Shown: piece after piece, positions 37,791-46,657 of the stretch | Position numbering within the stretch: the first letter of the stretch is position 1 | Layout of the letters: every line of letters starts with the position of its first letter | NCBI GenBank assembly: GCA_035549215.1 | Contig: DASZRI010000106.1 | Coordinates: 2,687 to 66,686, forward strand | Direction: 5' to 3' | DNA length: 64,000 nt | DNA from: Gemmatimonadaceae bacterium | GTDB taxonomy: Bacteria > Gemmatimonadota > Gemmatimonadetes > Gemmatimonadales > Gemmatimonadaceae | The notes under the pieces: generated by a model | Told to the model about the DNA's origin: nothing | Seen by the model: only the letters and a program-made list of their open reading frames with translations | The model's database searches: none | Translations under genes and position numbers: made by a program

Positions 37791-39166
37791 GCCCCGCTCC
37801 ACCGGCGCCAGGCATCGCGCCAGGCCAGCGTTCGCGCGGCGGCGTACACGCACGCGCTCAGCAGCCAGAACTCCATCCCCGTTTGCGACAGGAACACCGG
37901 GTACGAGAACGTCCACGCCACCGCGCCGATCGAATACCCCAGGATCACCGTGGACCAGAGCGACAACGATGCGTCGCCGCTCGCCCGCCAGCGCGCCACC
38001 CGGAATGTCGTCCACAAGGTCACCAGCAGCGCGCCGACATAGGTCAGCACCAGTGGGATCCCGCCGTCCAGGATCCACCCGGTCCACTGGATCTCCGCCC
38101 ACAGGCTCTTGGACGGATCGGACTTGTCGCCGAAGTAGGCGTTCATCATCCCCCACCGCCCCATGCCCGCACCAAGCGGATACTCGGGCAGCAGCGTGTT
38201 GAACGCCTCGTTGAGGAACTGGCCGCGGTTGCGCGCGTACACCTGCGTCGGCGTGCCCTGCGCGAGCGACCCGACGCGCTGCTCCACGCTCTCGCGCGCT
38301 AGCGACACCGCGCTGCGGAAGCTGACCACGGCCAGCAGCGCGAGCACGATGGCGAACGAGCCAAGGCGCCGGAAGTCGCGCCGCGCCCCGAGCACGGCGC
38401 TCACGCCGATCACGCTGATGCCGGTCATCACCAGCAGGGCGCGCACCTGCGCCAGGTACAGGCACATCAGGCCGAGCAGGATGCTGGCAATCGCAGTCCA
38501 CGCGAGCTTCCGGCTGCGCGCCGTCAGGAACACGCCGAGCCCCAGCACCACGGCGTACAGGCCCGACGAAGCCGCGCCCCCTGGCACGTCCGTCAGCCCC
38601 ATGGGCCGCAGCACGCGCAGCCCGGTATTCGTCGTGATCATCAGGCCGTCCAGGTAGCCGCGTCCCATCCCGATGATCACCGGCGAGATCGGTGGGTCGA
38701 ACCGGCCGGGAAAGTAGACCTGCAGCACGCCGAGACTCGCGCCCACCGTGTGGTAGGCCCACAGGGTCAACAGCAGCACCTGCAGGTGCCGCGCGCCGAC
38801 TTGCAGCCTCGGCACCCAGAACAGCGGCGACAGCACGGCCACGTACAGCATCAGCTGCGCCGTCGCGGCGAGCAGTGAGTTCGACGTCGGATGGAAGACG
38901 TTCACGGCCAGCACCGCAATCGCCGCCAGCGCGGCAGGCCGCGCAGGGTGTGCTCCACCGGAGCCCCGCACGACGAGCAGGTACGCCAGCCCCACGCCGA
39001 ACGAAGCCACGCGCAGCAGCGTGCGCAGTGATCCCAGCGGGCTGATTACGGCGAGCTGGCACGCGATCTCCAGCCCCAGGAAGGTGTACAGCCAGAAGGC
39101 CGCCGTGCGCTCTTCCGCAAGTTGCGCAGTCGCCGTCGCGGGCGCCGCCGTCGCCACCGCAGTCAC
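37787..39166 (-). CDS. O-antigen ligase / Wzy-like polysaccharide polymerase (multi-TM)
   Basis: About 10 or more hydrophobic helices, with a loop (RPMGLTDVPGGAASSGLYAVVLGLGVFL) that looks like the Wzy_C region. I chose the GTG at 39166 because of its GTGA overlap with the upstream stop. Confidence 0.7.
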   Translation of the reverse strand: MTAVATAAPATATAQLAEERTAAFWLYTFLGLEIACQLAVISPLGSLRTLLRVASFGVGLAYLLVVRGSGGAHPARPAALAAIAVLAVNVFHPTSNSLLAATAQLMLYVAVLSPLFWVPRLQVGARHLQVLLLTLWAYHTVGASLGVLQVYFPGRFDPPISPVIIGMGRGYLDGLMITTNTGLRVLRPMGLTDVPGGAASSGLYAVVLGLGVFLTARSRKLAWTAIASILLGLMCLYLAQVRALLVMTGISVIGVSAVLGARRDFRRLGSFAIVLALLAVVSFRSAVSLARESVEQRVGSLAQGTPTQVYARNRGQFLNEAFNTLLPEYPLGAGMGRWGMMNAYFGDKSDPSKSLWAEIQWTGWILDGGIPLVLTYVGALLVTLWTTFRVARWRASGDASLSLWSTVILGYSIGAVAWTFSYPVFLSQTGMEFWLLSACVYAAARTLAWRDAWRRWSGA

Positions 39167-40284
39167 GCTGCGCCTCCACGCTGCGCCACGTCCGCGAGCA
39201 CGCGGTGCAGCTGCGCGAGCCGGTCCGTCGGGTCGCACAAGGCGCGCGCCCGTTCTGGGCCGAGCGCGCCGAGCGCGCGCCGCGCCGACGCATCGGCGAT
39301 CAGCGTGCGCAGCGCATCTGCGTAAAGCCGGGGATTGCCCTTGGGCACGAGGACGCCACCCGCGCCGCCCGCCAGGATCTCCGATGGGCCACCCATGTCC
39401 GTGGCCACCACCGGAAGCCCCGCGTACAGCGCCTCGATGATCGCCACGCCGAATGCCTCAGGCTGGGTGTTCGGCTGGCAGAGGACGTCGGCGTTGCGCA
39501 GGATCACGGGCACGTCGTTTCGCTCGCCCAGGAAGCGCACGCGCTTCCGGATGCCGCGCGATGTCGCCAGCGTCCGCAGCTGCGACTCGTACAGCCGCTC
39601 GAGCGCACGCTGCGCGCCGCCCACGATCCAGCACTCCCATCCCGGAACGTCGCCCAGGAAGCCGAGTGCATGCAGCAGCAATGCGTGCCCCTTGAGCCGC
39701 TCCATCCGCCCCACCTGCACCAGCACGACGGTTTCCGGCGCAGCACCAAGCTCCCGCCGGATCGAACTGCGATCCGCGTCACCTGACGGCGGTGCCACCG
39801 GGCAGTGCACCAGCTCGCGCCGCGCGCGCGCGAACACCGACGCCGCTGCACGCCCCGTGAACTCGCTGTTGTAGATCACCACGTCCGGCGTGCGCAGGCG
39901 CGCCCACCGCTCGGTCCAGTGCTTGCCGCGCACCGCATCGTGCAGCCAGAACGCGACAGGCAACCCCGCGCTGCGAGCCGTCCCTGCGAAGAGTGCGTAC
40001 GGCCACGCCGAGTGGCAGACCACGATGTCTGGCTTCAGGTCGGCCAGCAGCGCGCGAAGTGCCCGTCGCGCGCGCCAGATCGACCTCGGATGCCGCACGC
40101 GCACGTCGCCCAGCAGGTGCACCGGAGTGCCGCACGCGCGCAGCTCGCTCGCCAGCCGGCCGTCAAAGCAGAGCGCGAAGTGCGGCTCCATCTCGGCGCA
40201 ACGCGCCCGCTCGCGCGCCAGCACGACCAGCGTGGATTCCACGCCGCCGTACAGGTTGCCGCTGTACACGTGGAGCACCTTCAT
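39163..40284 (-). CDS. Glycosyltransferase, GT4-type
   Basis: MKVLHVYSGNLYGGVES... and PEAFGVAIIEALYAGLPVVATD. ATGA overlap upstream. Confidence 0.85.
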   Translation of the reverse strand: MKVLHVYSGNLYGGVESTLVVLARERARCAEMEPHFALCFDGRLASELRACGTPVHLLGDVRVRHPRSIWRARRALRALLADLKPDIVVCHSAWPYALFAGTARSAGLPVAFWLHDAVRGKHWTERWARLRTPDVVIYNSEFTGRAAASVFARARRELVHCPVAPPSGDADRSSIRRELGAAPETVVLVQVGRMERLKGHALLLHALGFLGDVPGWECWIVGGAQRALERLYESQLRTLATSRGIRKRVRFLGERNDVPVILRNADVLCQPNTQPEAFGVAIIEALYAGLPVVATDMGGPSEILAGGAGGVLVPKGNPRLYADALRTLIADASARRALGALGPERARALCDPTDRLAQLHRVLADVAQRGGAA

Positions 40285-41555
40285 GGGCAGGCCCGCTCCC
40301 CGTTGGCCAGCTGTTCGTAGATCGGGATCAGCGCCGCCGAGACGCGACGCCGATCGAAGCGCGCCTCCGCCGTGCGGCGCGCCGCCGCGCCGAGCGAAGC
40401 CCGCAGGTTCGCGTTGCCGATCAGGCGTTCCAGCGCGCGCGACAGCCCGGCGGCGTCGCCCGGCACGTGCGCCAGCGCGTTCACGCCGTCATCCACAATC
40501 TCCGCGGCCCCGCCACCGGCGCTCGCCACCACCGCGCGGGCGCACGCCATCCCCTCGGCGATCACCAGCCCGAACGGCTCCGCAACCGTCGTGGCATGCA
40601 CGACGACATCAAGGGCGCGCATGGCATCGGCGGGCGCAGCCACGAACCCCGTGAAGCCGACGCGATCGGCAATGCCCAGCTCGCGCGCCAGTTCGCGCAG
40701 GGAGTCCGGCGCGAACTCGCTCCCGCGCGTCTCGTACACAGGGCCGCCAACGACGTACGCACGCCACGACGCATCCCTCGGCAACTGCGCCAGCGCCCGC
40801 AGGAATACGTCGTGCCCCTTGAACCGGCCAAAGGTGGCCACGAGCCCGATGCGGACCGCGCCGGTCGGCGCGGCGTCGAGCCCGGCAAGCGCGTCGAGGT
40901 CCGCCGCCGGCCCGTCGGGCGCGAACTCGTCCACGTTCACGCCGTTGTACACCACCCGCACCGGCAGCCGATCCCCGAACACCCGACGCGCATCGTCGCC
41001 GACGCTGGAGGACACCGCGATTGCCATCCGCGCACGCGGCGCCAGCCGACGCAGCGCCCGCGCCATCACGCGGCGCATGGAGGTGTAATCGTGCAGGTGC
41101 CACACGATCGGGACATCCGGCACGCTGCGCGCGCTGAGTACGTGCATCTTCAAGCCGTTCGAGTGCACGAGATCCGGGCACGCCTCGCGCACGACGTCGC
41201 GCAGGGCGCGCTCATATGACCGCGCCGCAATCACGGCGCGCGCGCCGCGCGCGCCAAGCGCCACCAGGTCGAGCACGCTGCCGCTTGCGGCCGCGTCACC
41301 GACCGACGCGAGTGCCCGGGGAAAGGGCAGCACCACCACCTCGACGCCAAGCGCGCGCGCACGGACGGCCACCGGACCGTCACCCGGTGACACCAGGAGC
41401 AACGACCATTCCGGTCGCGCCACCCGGATCCCCTCCAGCACGTCCAGCAGGCAGCGCTCCGCGCCGCCCATCTGCGCACTTGTCGTCAGGTAGGCAATCC
41501 GCACGCGCGTCAGGAGGTCACCCGGCGCATCCCGCGCAGCGGAGTGGCGCTCCAT
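40281..41555 (-). CDS. Glycosyltransferase, GT4-type (first gene of the EPS operon)
   Basis: VRIAYLTTSAQMGGAERC... and AEPFGLVIAEGMACARAVVAS. Start taken as Met at 41555 (MERHSAAR). Confidence 0.8.
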   Translation of the reverse strand: MERHSAARDAPGDLLTRVRIAYLTTSAQMGGAERCLLDVLEGIRVARPEWSLLLVSPGDGPVAVRARALGVEVVVLPFPRALASVGDAAASGSVLDLVALGARGARAVIAARSYERALRDVVREACPDLVHSNGLKMHVLSARSVPDVPIVWHLHDYTSMRRVMARALRRLAPRARMAIAVSSSVGDDARRVFGDRLPVRVVYNGVNVDEFAPDGPAADLDALAGLDAAPTGAVRIGLVATFGRFKGHDVFLRALAQLPRDASWRAYVVGGPVYETRGSEFAPDSLRELARELGIADRVGFTGFVAAPADAMRALDVVVHATTVAEPFGLVIAEGMACARAVVASAGGGAAEIVDDGVNALAHVPGDAAGLSRALERLIGNANLRASLGAAARRTAEARFDRRRVSAALIPIYEQLANGERACP

Positions 41556-41562
41556 GCCGCAG

Positions 41563-41592
41563 GGCACACCGATGAAAACGAATGTTTGTGCC
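41563..41592 (-). promoter_or_regulatory. Inverted repeat in the 5' leader of the EPS operon
   Basis: GGCACA-N18-TGTGCC begins 8 nt upstream of the ATG at 41555. It could be a protein operator or an RNA hairpin. Confidence 0.3.
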
Positions 41593-41734
41593 GGATCGTG
41601 CGCACCGCTGGTGCCTGGGAAGGGAGGGTCGGCTGCATCTCGGCCCGATCCTAGAGATATAATGTCCACTCCCGTCAACGGCCAATACACCTCTCGCCGC
41701 TGTCGTACGCCCCGACCTTCCTTATCTTGCCTGC

Positions 41735-42679
41735 ATGCGACGCGGCCTCACCCACACCCCCCCCACGAGCATCCTGCGCGCGGCGCTGCTCGTGGCCTGC
41801 GTCGGGCTGGCGCTGGGAGACGTCGCACGCGTCGGCGCGCAGCAACCGACGACGACGCCGGCAGCGACGTCACCGCACCTGGATTCCCTCCGCCGCGCGT
41901 GGCGCGTCCCGCCGCCCCCCGTCCAGCTCATCACCACTGCCGCGTTCCTCGGCGCGCCCGGCAGCAGCCTTGGCAACCCGTCGGCCACCGGCACCGGCAC
42001 CGGTGACTACTTCGTCGGCGCCGGCTTCCAGGGACGCACGCGCTATACGCACGACGCGGACGGCGGCTTCGGCTTCGGCTTCGGCCTCGGTGATCCCGAG
42101 CAGGGCGTGGGGCTCGAGACCGTCGTCACGTCGTTCTCCTCGGTGCGCCATCCGCCGTTCTCGATCGGCGGCATCAGCGCGAAGCTGCACCGGCGCTTCG
42201 ACAACAATCAGGTGCTTGTGGCGGCCGGCTACGAAAACCTCGCCTCATGGGGCGCGCTCTCCGATGGCGGGCGCAGCATCTACGCCGAGGTCGGCCGGAT
42301 CTTCCTGCTGCGGGAATCTGCCGAGTCGCCGTTCAGCATCCTGAGCGCCTCGGTGGGCCTCGGCGACGGACGCTTCCGCTCGGAGCAGGACGTCAAGGAC
42401 AAGCGCGAGACGATTGGCGTCTTCGGTGGCCTCGGGTTGCGCATCACGCCACAAGTCGCGCTGTCCAGCGAATGGACGGGACAGAACCTGAACGCCGGCT
42501 TCATGCTCACGCCGCTGCCAGGTCGCGGCATCGTCGCCACCGTGGGAATGGCGGACCTCACGCACCACTCGGGTGACGGCGCCCGCTTCATCATGAGCCT
42601 GGGGTTCGGCCTGAGCACGCGGCAGGATCGCCGCATCCTGTCGGAGGAGGACCGCAATGCCATCTTCAAGCAGCCGTAA
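41735..42679 (+). CDS. Secreted hypothetical protein, possibly an outer-membrane beta-barrel
   Basis: An N-terminal hydrophobic signal followed by alternating beta-strand-like segments (GFGFGFGLG, VGLGDGRF, GGLGLRITPQVALSSEW, ARFIMSLGFGLS). Confidence 0.55.
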   Translation: MRRGLTHTPPTSILRAALLVACVGLALGDVARVGAQQPTTTPAATSPHLDSLRRAWRVPPPPVQLITTAAFLGAPGSSLGNPSATGTGTGDYFVGAGFQGRTRYTHDADGGFGFGFGLGDPEQGVGLETVVTSFSSVRHPPFSIGGISAKLHRRFDNNQVLVAAGYENLASWGALSDGGRSIYAEVGRIFLLRESAESPFSILSASVGLGDGRFRSEQDVKDKRETIGVFGGLGLRITPQVALSSEWTGQNLNAGFMLTPLPGRGIVATVGMADLTHHSGDGARFIMSLGFGLSTRQDRRILSEEDRNAIFKQP

Positions 42680-43274
42680 CGCGCGCCTCGCGCTCGCGCT
42701 CATCGCCCTCGTCCCCGCGGCCGCGCGCGCGCAGAAGGGCAACGAGTCCGACGTCTCCGGGGTTCCGGTGACGACCAGCAACGTCGTCAGTTCGGTCTTC
42801 TCACCGACGCTCGGCGGGGCCATCCGCGTGCTCACCTTCATCACGCCGCAGGTGGCCCGCGACTACCAGCAGACCACGGCTCGGCTGTCGGCCCAGCTCG
42901 GCTCGCAGGTGTACACCGGCGCAGGCGGCTACCGCCCGCCCGCGGCCACGCAGAACCTGCTCTATGAGTTGATGTCCGGCGGGTCCGCGAGCAACGCTGC
43001 CGGCGCGCGCCTCGTCCAGGCACTCACCGCCGGCAACGCGTCACCGGACGCGGTCGCCAACGCACAGCAGCTCGCGCTCTCCCTGCGCGGGATCCTGTCC
43101 CGCGGGGCATCCGTGGACCCGCGCTACTTCAACACCCTCGCCGCCACGCAGCTCGCCAACGCCTCGGCGTCCTTCAATGCGTTCATTGACGCGAGCGGCG
43201 AAGGGCTCCTCTCGTCGCCTCCGCCCGAGGTGCAGGCCATCCACGCGGTGCTGGCAACGCTCACCGGACGCTGA
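42657..43274 (+). CDS. Secreted hypothetical protein
   Basis: Signal peptide MPSSSSRNARLALALIALVPAAARAQ. It overlaps the upstream gene by 23 nt. Confidence 0.5.
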   Translation: MPSSSSRNARLALALIALVPAAARAQKGNESDVSGVPVTTSNVVSSVFSPTLGGAIRVLTFITPQVARDYQQTTARLSAQLGSQVYTGAGGYRPPAATQNLLYELMSGGSASNAAGARLVQALTAGNASPDAVANAQQLALSLRGILSRGASVDPRYFNTLAATQLANASASFNAFIDASGEGLLSSPPPEVQAIHAVLATLTGR

Positions 43275-43329
43275 ACGGTCGAGCACCGTGCAGCGGCGCG
43301 CCTTGAGGCGCGCCGCTTTCTTGTTCCGG

Positions 43330-43974
43330 TCAGGGATGGCGGGCCAGCGCGACGACCAACCCCACCGTCTGCAGCAGCGTGAGCGCCGTCTGCCACGTCA
43401 GCCACGACGCCTGCTTCTCCGGCACCACGATGCGATCACCGGATTGCAGCAGCAGCCCGAGGATCGGCGCGCCGGTCTGCATCTGCTGCTGCGCGTCGAG
43501 CACGATCACCTGGTCGTTGCGGATCAACCGCACGCGCTCGGCGTCCGCATTCGGCGCCATCCCGCCCGCCTGGCTGAGCGCGTCGAACACCGTCTGCGAC
43601 GCGTCCGCCTGGTAGAGCCCGGGCCGCTGTACCGCGCCGATCACGCTCACGCGGAATTGCAACGAGACGACCACCACGCCGTTCGTCGTGAGTGCCGCAT
43701 ACCGCTGGCGCAGGTCGGTCCGCACGTCGCCCAGCGTCTTGCCGCCGACATGCACCTCGCCGAGCAGGGGCACGACTGCGGCGCCCGAGGGCTCCACCGG
43801 ATAGTCGCCTGAATACTGCTGGTCGGGCCACAGCTTCAGTCGCAGCACGTCGCCGGGCCGCACGATCACGTCGGTCACGGCGTGCGGCTCGGCCGCCGCG
43901 TTCTGGGCGCGCGCGGGCGCCGCAAAGAGAAGGGCAAGCAACGTGATGACGCCGGCGCGAAGCATTCGTGTCAT
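43330..43974 (-). CDS. Polysaccharide export protein (Wza/GumB-like, Poly_export plus SLBB)
   Basis: MTRMLRAGVITLLALLFAAPARAQ is the signal. IRPGDVLRLKLW...YPVEPSGAAVVPLLGEVHVGGKTLGDV...VSVIGAVQRPGLY...DRIVVPE. ATGA overlap with the upstream gene. Confidence 0.8.
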   Translation of the reverse strand: MTRMLRAGVITLLALLFAAPARAQNAAAEPHAVTDVIVRPGDVLRLKLWPDQQYSGDYPVEPSGAAVVPLLGEVHVGGKTLGDVRTDLRQRYAALTTNGVVVVSLQFRVSVIGAVQRPGLYQADASQTVFDALSQAGGMAPNADAERVRLIRNDQVIVLDAQQQMQTGAPILGLLLQSGDRIVVPEKQASWLTWQTALTLLQTVGLVVALARHP

Positions 43975-45020
43975 GGGATCAGGGGCTTGGGAATCGCCAC
44001 CAACATAGCACGCTGGTCGCCGCGCTGGCGATGATGCGTCTGGCCAGGCGCCGACAGCCACAGGTCGCCCGACGCGAGCCCCGCCGCTTCCCACAGGGCG
44101 TGCGTGCGCCGCGGCGGCTCGTCCATGGGCTCGTCCGTGAGCCGGAACGTGCCCCAGTGAATGGGCAGCATTGCCGGCGGCGGCGCTTCCGGCCATGCGC
44201 GTCGCACGGCCTCGTACGCCTGCACGGCGTCGTCGGGGTTCATGTGCACGCGCTGCATGAACCAACGCGGCTCGTACGCGCCAACGGGAATCAGCGCCAC
44301 GTCGAACGGCCCATGCCGCCGCGAGATCTCCCCGAACTCGGGGTGCAGCGCGGTATCGCCGGCGAAGTAGGCGCGCCACCCGTTCGCCGTCACCGTCCAT
44401 CCGCACCAGAGCGTGCGCCCCCGGTCGTTGAGCCCGCGCGCGCTGAAATGGCGCGCGGGCACGCACGACGCCTGCACGCCGCCGGCGGACTCGGTGTCCC
44501 ACCAGTCCAGCTCGCTCACGTCGCGCGCACCCCATCGCTGCAGCAGGGGGCGAACCCCGAGCGGCGCAAACCACACGGCGTCCGGATGCCGCGCGGCAAG
44601 CCGCTGCACCGTGGCGCGATCCAGGTGGTCGTAGTGATTGTGCGAGATCAGCACGACATGGATCGGCGGCAGCGCATCCAGTGATACGCCGGGGGGCGAC
44701 AGTCGCGCCGGCCCGGCCCACGACACCGGGCTCGCCCGCTGGCTCCACATGGGATCCGTCAGCACGTTCACGCCGCCCAGTTGCAGCAGCACCGTCGAGT
44801 GCCCCACCCAGGTCGTCGTCAGCGTGTCGCGCCCGGCCGCCGGCGTCGCGAATGCGGATGGCACCGCCGCCACCGGTTGCGATCCGTCGGACGTCCGCGC
44901 GCGTCGCGCCTCTTCCGAGAATCGCCACCGGAGCACGTCGCCGAACGAATGCGGGCCATCGTCGTCTCCCCACGGATTCCGGAAGCCGCCGCCTGGCGCA
45001 TGATGCGACGGGCGCGTCAT
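43971..45020 (-). CDS. MBL-fold metallo-hydrolase (NAPE-PLD-like)
   Basis: TWVGHSTVLLQLGG..., VLISHNHYDHLD (HxHxDH), FAGDT. Confidence 0.8.
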   Translation of the reverse strand: MTRPSHHAPGGGFRNPWGDDDGPHSFGDVLRWRFSEEARRARTSDGSQPVAAVPSAFATPAAGRDTLTTTWVGHSTVLLQLGGVNVLTDPMWSQRASPVSWAGPARLSPPGVSLDALPPIHVVLISHNHYDHLDRATVQRLAARHPDAVWFAPLGVRPLLQRWGARDVSELDWWDTESAGGVQASCVPARHFSARGLNDRGRTLWCGWTVTANGWRAYFAGDTALHPEFGEISRRHGPFDVALIPVGAYEPRWFMQRVHMNPDDAVQAYEAVRRAWPEAPPPAMLPIHWGTFRLTDEPMDEPPRRTHALWEAAGLASGDLWLSAPGQTHHRQRGDQRAMLVAIPKPLIP

Positions 45021-45118
45021 GGGCGTGGCCCCACTGTCGCCGGCCAAGCCCCGGGCGCATTCTTTCCAATGCCCGCCGCGTGCCGCGGCGCCGTCACCCG
45101 ACGCACTTCCCTGCCCCC

Positions 45119-46561
45119 ATGGCCATCCACGCCCCCGAATTTCCCGCCGACCTCGACTGGATTCACGCTGGTCCTCCCTCACCCACGCTCGCGTCCCTCC
45201 GCGGCCGCATCGTCATCCTCGACTTCTGGACCTACGGCTGAATCAACTGCATCCACATCCTTCCGCAGTTGCGGAAGCTCGAGGAAAGATACGCCGGCGC
45301 GGTTGAAGTCATCGGTGTCCACAGCGGCAAGTACATCACGGAGCGCATTACCGACCGCGTCCGCGACGCGTCGCTCCGCCTGGACATTCGCCATCCCATC
45401 GTCAATGACCGCCAGTTTCGCACCTGGCGCGCGTACACTGTTTCCGCCTGGCCAACTATCGTCGTCATCAATCCGCTCGGCCACGTCGTCGGTTCGCACG
45501 CCGGCGAATTCACCGCCGAGATGGTCCAGGCGTTCCTGGACGACCTTGTGGCCCGCCACGATGCTGATGGGACCCTCGTGCGGAGCCCTTCCGCCTACGC
45601 TGCACAGCCCCCGACGCAGGCCCCCGGCATCCTCCGCTATCCGGGCGGCGTCGCGTGGGACGGATCGCGCATGGCCATCGCCGATTCCGGCCATGACCGC
45701 ATCCTCTTTGCCTCGCTGACGCCCGACCGTCAGGCCGCGACGGTCACGCGCATCGTCGGCGGTACGCGCGGCATGCGCGACGGAGACGATCCGCAGTTTC
45801 ACTCCCCGCAGGGCGTGCGCTTTCACGACGGCGAGCTTCTCGTCGCCGACGCCGGCAATCACGCCATCCGGGCCGTCTCCCCGGGCACGGGCCGCACGCG
45901 CACGCTCGCCGGCACCGGTGCGCAGGTTCGCACGACGCACGACCTCCAGCAGGGCGCCCTCTCGTCCCCGTGGGACCTCGACGTCGTCGGCGATACGATC
46001 TTCGTGGCCATGGCCGGCATTCACCAGGTGTGGACGTTGCCTCGCCGCGGCGGTCAGTGCGTGCCATTCAGTGGGTCCCGCCGCGAGGACATCGCGGACG
46101 GACCGCACGCCGACGCCGCGCTCGCGCAGCCCATGGGCATCGCGGCAGCCATCGACGTGCTCTACTTCGTGGACGCGGAGTCCAGCGCCGTGCGTCGCCT
46201 CGAACCCGCGCCTGACGGCGGCGTGCGCACCATCGTCGGGACGGGGCTCTTCGACTTCGGCGACGAGGACGGCACTGGCGATGACGTCCGGCTCCAGCAT
46301 CCGCAAGGAGTCGCCGTCGCCGACGACGGTCGCCTGCTCATCTCCGACACATATAATGATGCGCTGAAATGGGTCGATCCGCGGATGCGGACCGTGAACA
46401 CGCTCGCCCGCGGGCTCAACGAGCCGGGCGGGCTCTGCCTGCTGGACGGACTGGCGCTTGTCGCCGACACGAACGCGCATCGCATTGCCGTTGCTCGGCT
46501 TGCAGACGGCACGGTATCCGCCCTTGCCCTCTCTGTGGCCCCCGCCAGCGACCTTTGCTAG
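45119..46561 (+). CDS. Thioredoxin-like/NHL-repeat protein with an in-frame TGA (candidate Sec) in the redox motif
   Basis: A single frame runs from the ATG at 45119 to the TAG at 46561, apart from a TGA at 45239-45241. The local translation is ILDFWTYG-[TGA]-INCIHILP, aligning with the YCCINC.H motif of Cys homologues. Six-bladed NHL-type repeats follow downstream. Confidence 0.65.
45260..45277 (+). other. Candidate bacterial SECIS hairpin
   Basis: CTTCCGC-AGTT-GCGGAAG, a 7 bp stem whose loop contains GU. It starts 19 nt 3' of the in-frame UGA. Confidence 0.5.
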
Positions 46562-46611
46562 ATTGAATGGTTACGCGTCCCGGGGTCATGTCGGGGCGTT
46601 CCCCTTCCCCT

Positions 46612-46637
46612 CCCGTCCCTGGGACGGGTCGCTTTTC
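46612..46637 (+). terminator. Rho-independent terminator after the NHL gene
   Basis: CCCGTCC-CTG-GGACGGG followed by TCGCTTTTCC. Confidence 0.6.
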
Positions 46638-46657
46638 CTGAACACACGGAGCTTGGA

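Noticed and set aside
45119-46561. Reading the TGA-interrupted thioredoxin/NHL gene as a pseudogene, or as two separate genes (a 40 aa peptide plus the 430 aa ORF at 45269)
   Set aside because: I did not adopt this as the primary call. The stop falls exactly on the catalytic Cys codon. Both halves remain in frame with intact coding bias. The downstream ORF would have to start at a TTG inside the fold, and a SECIS-like hairpin follows. It remains the fallback reading if the genome lacks Sec machinery.
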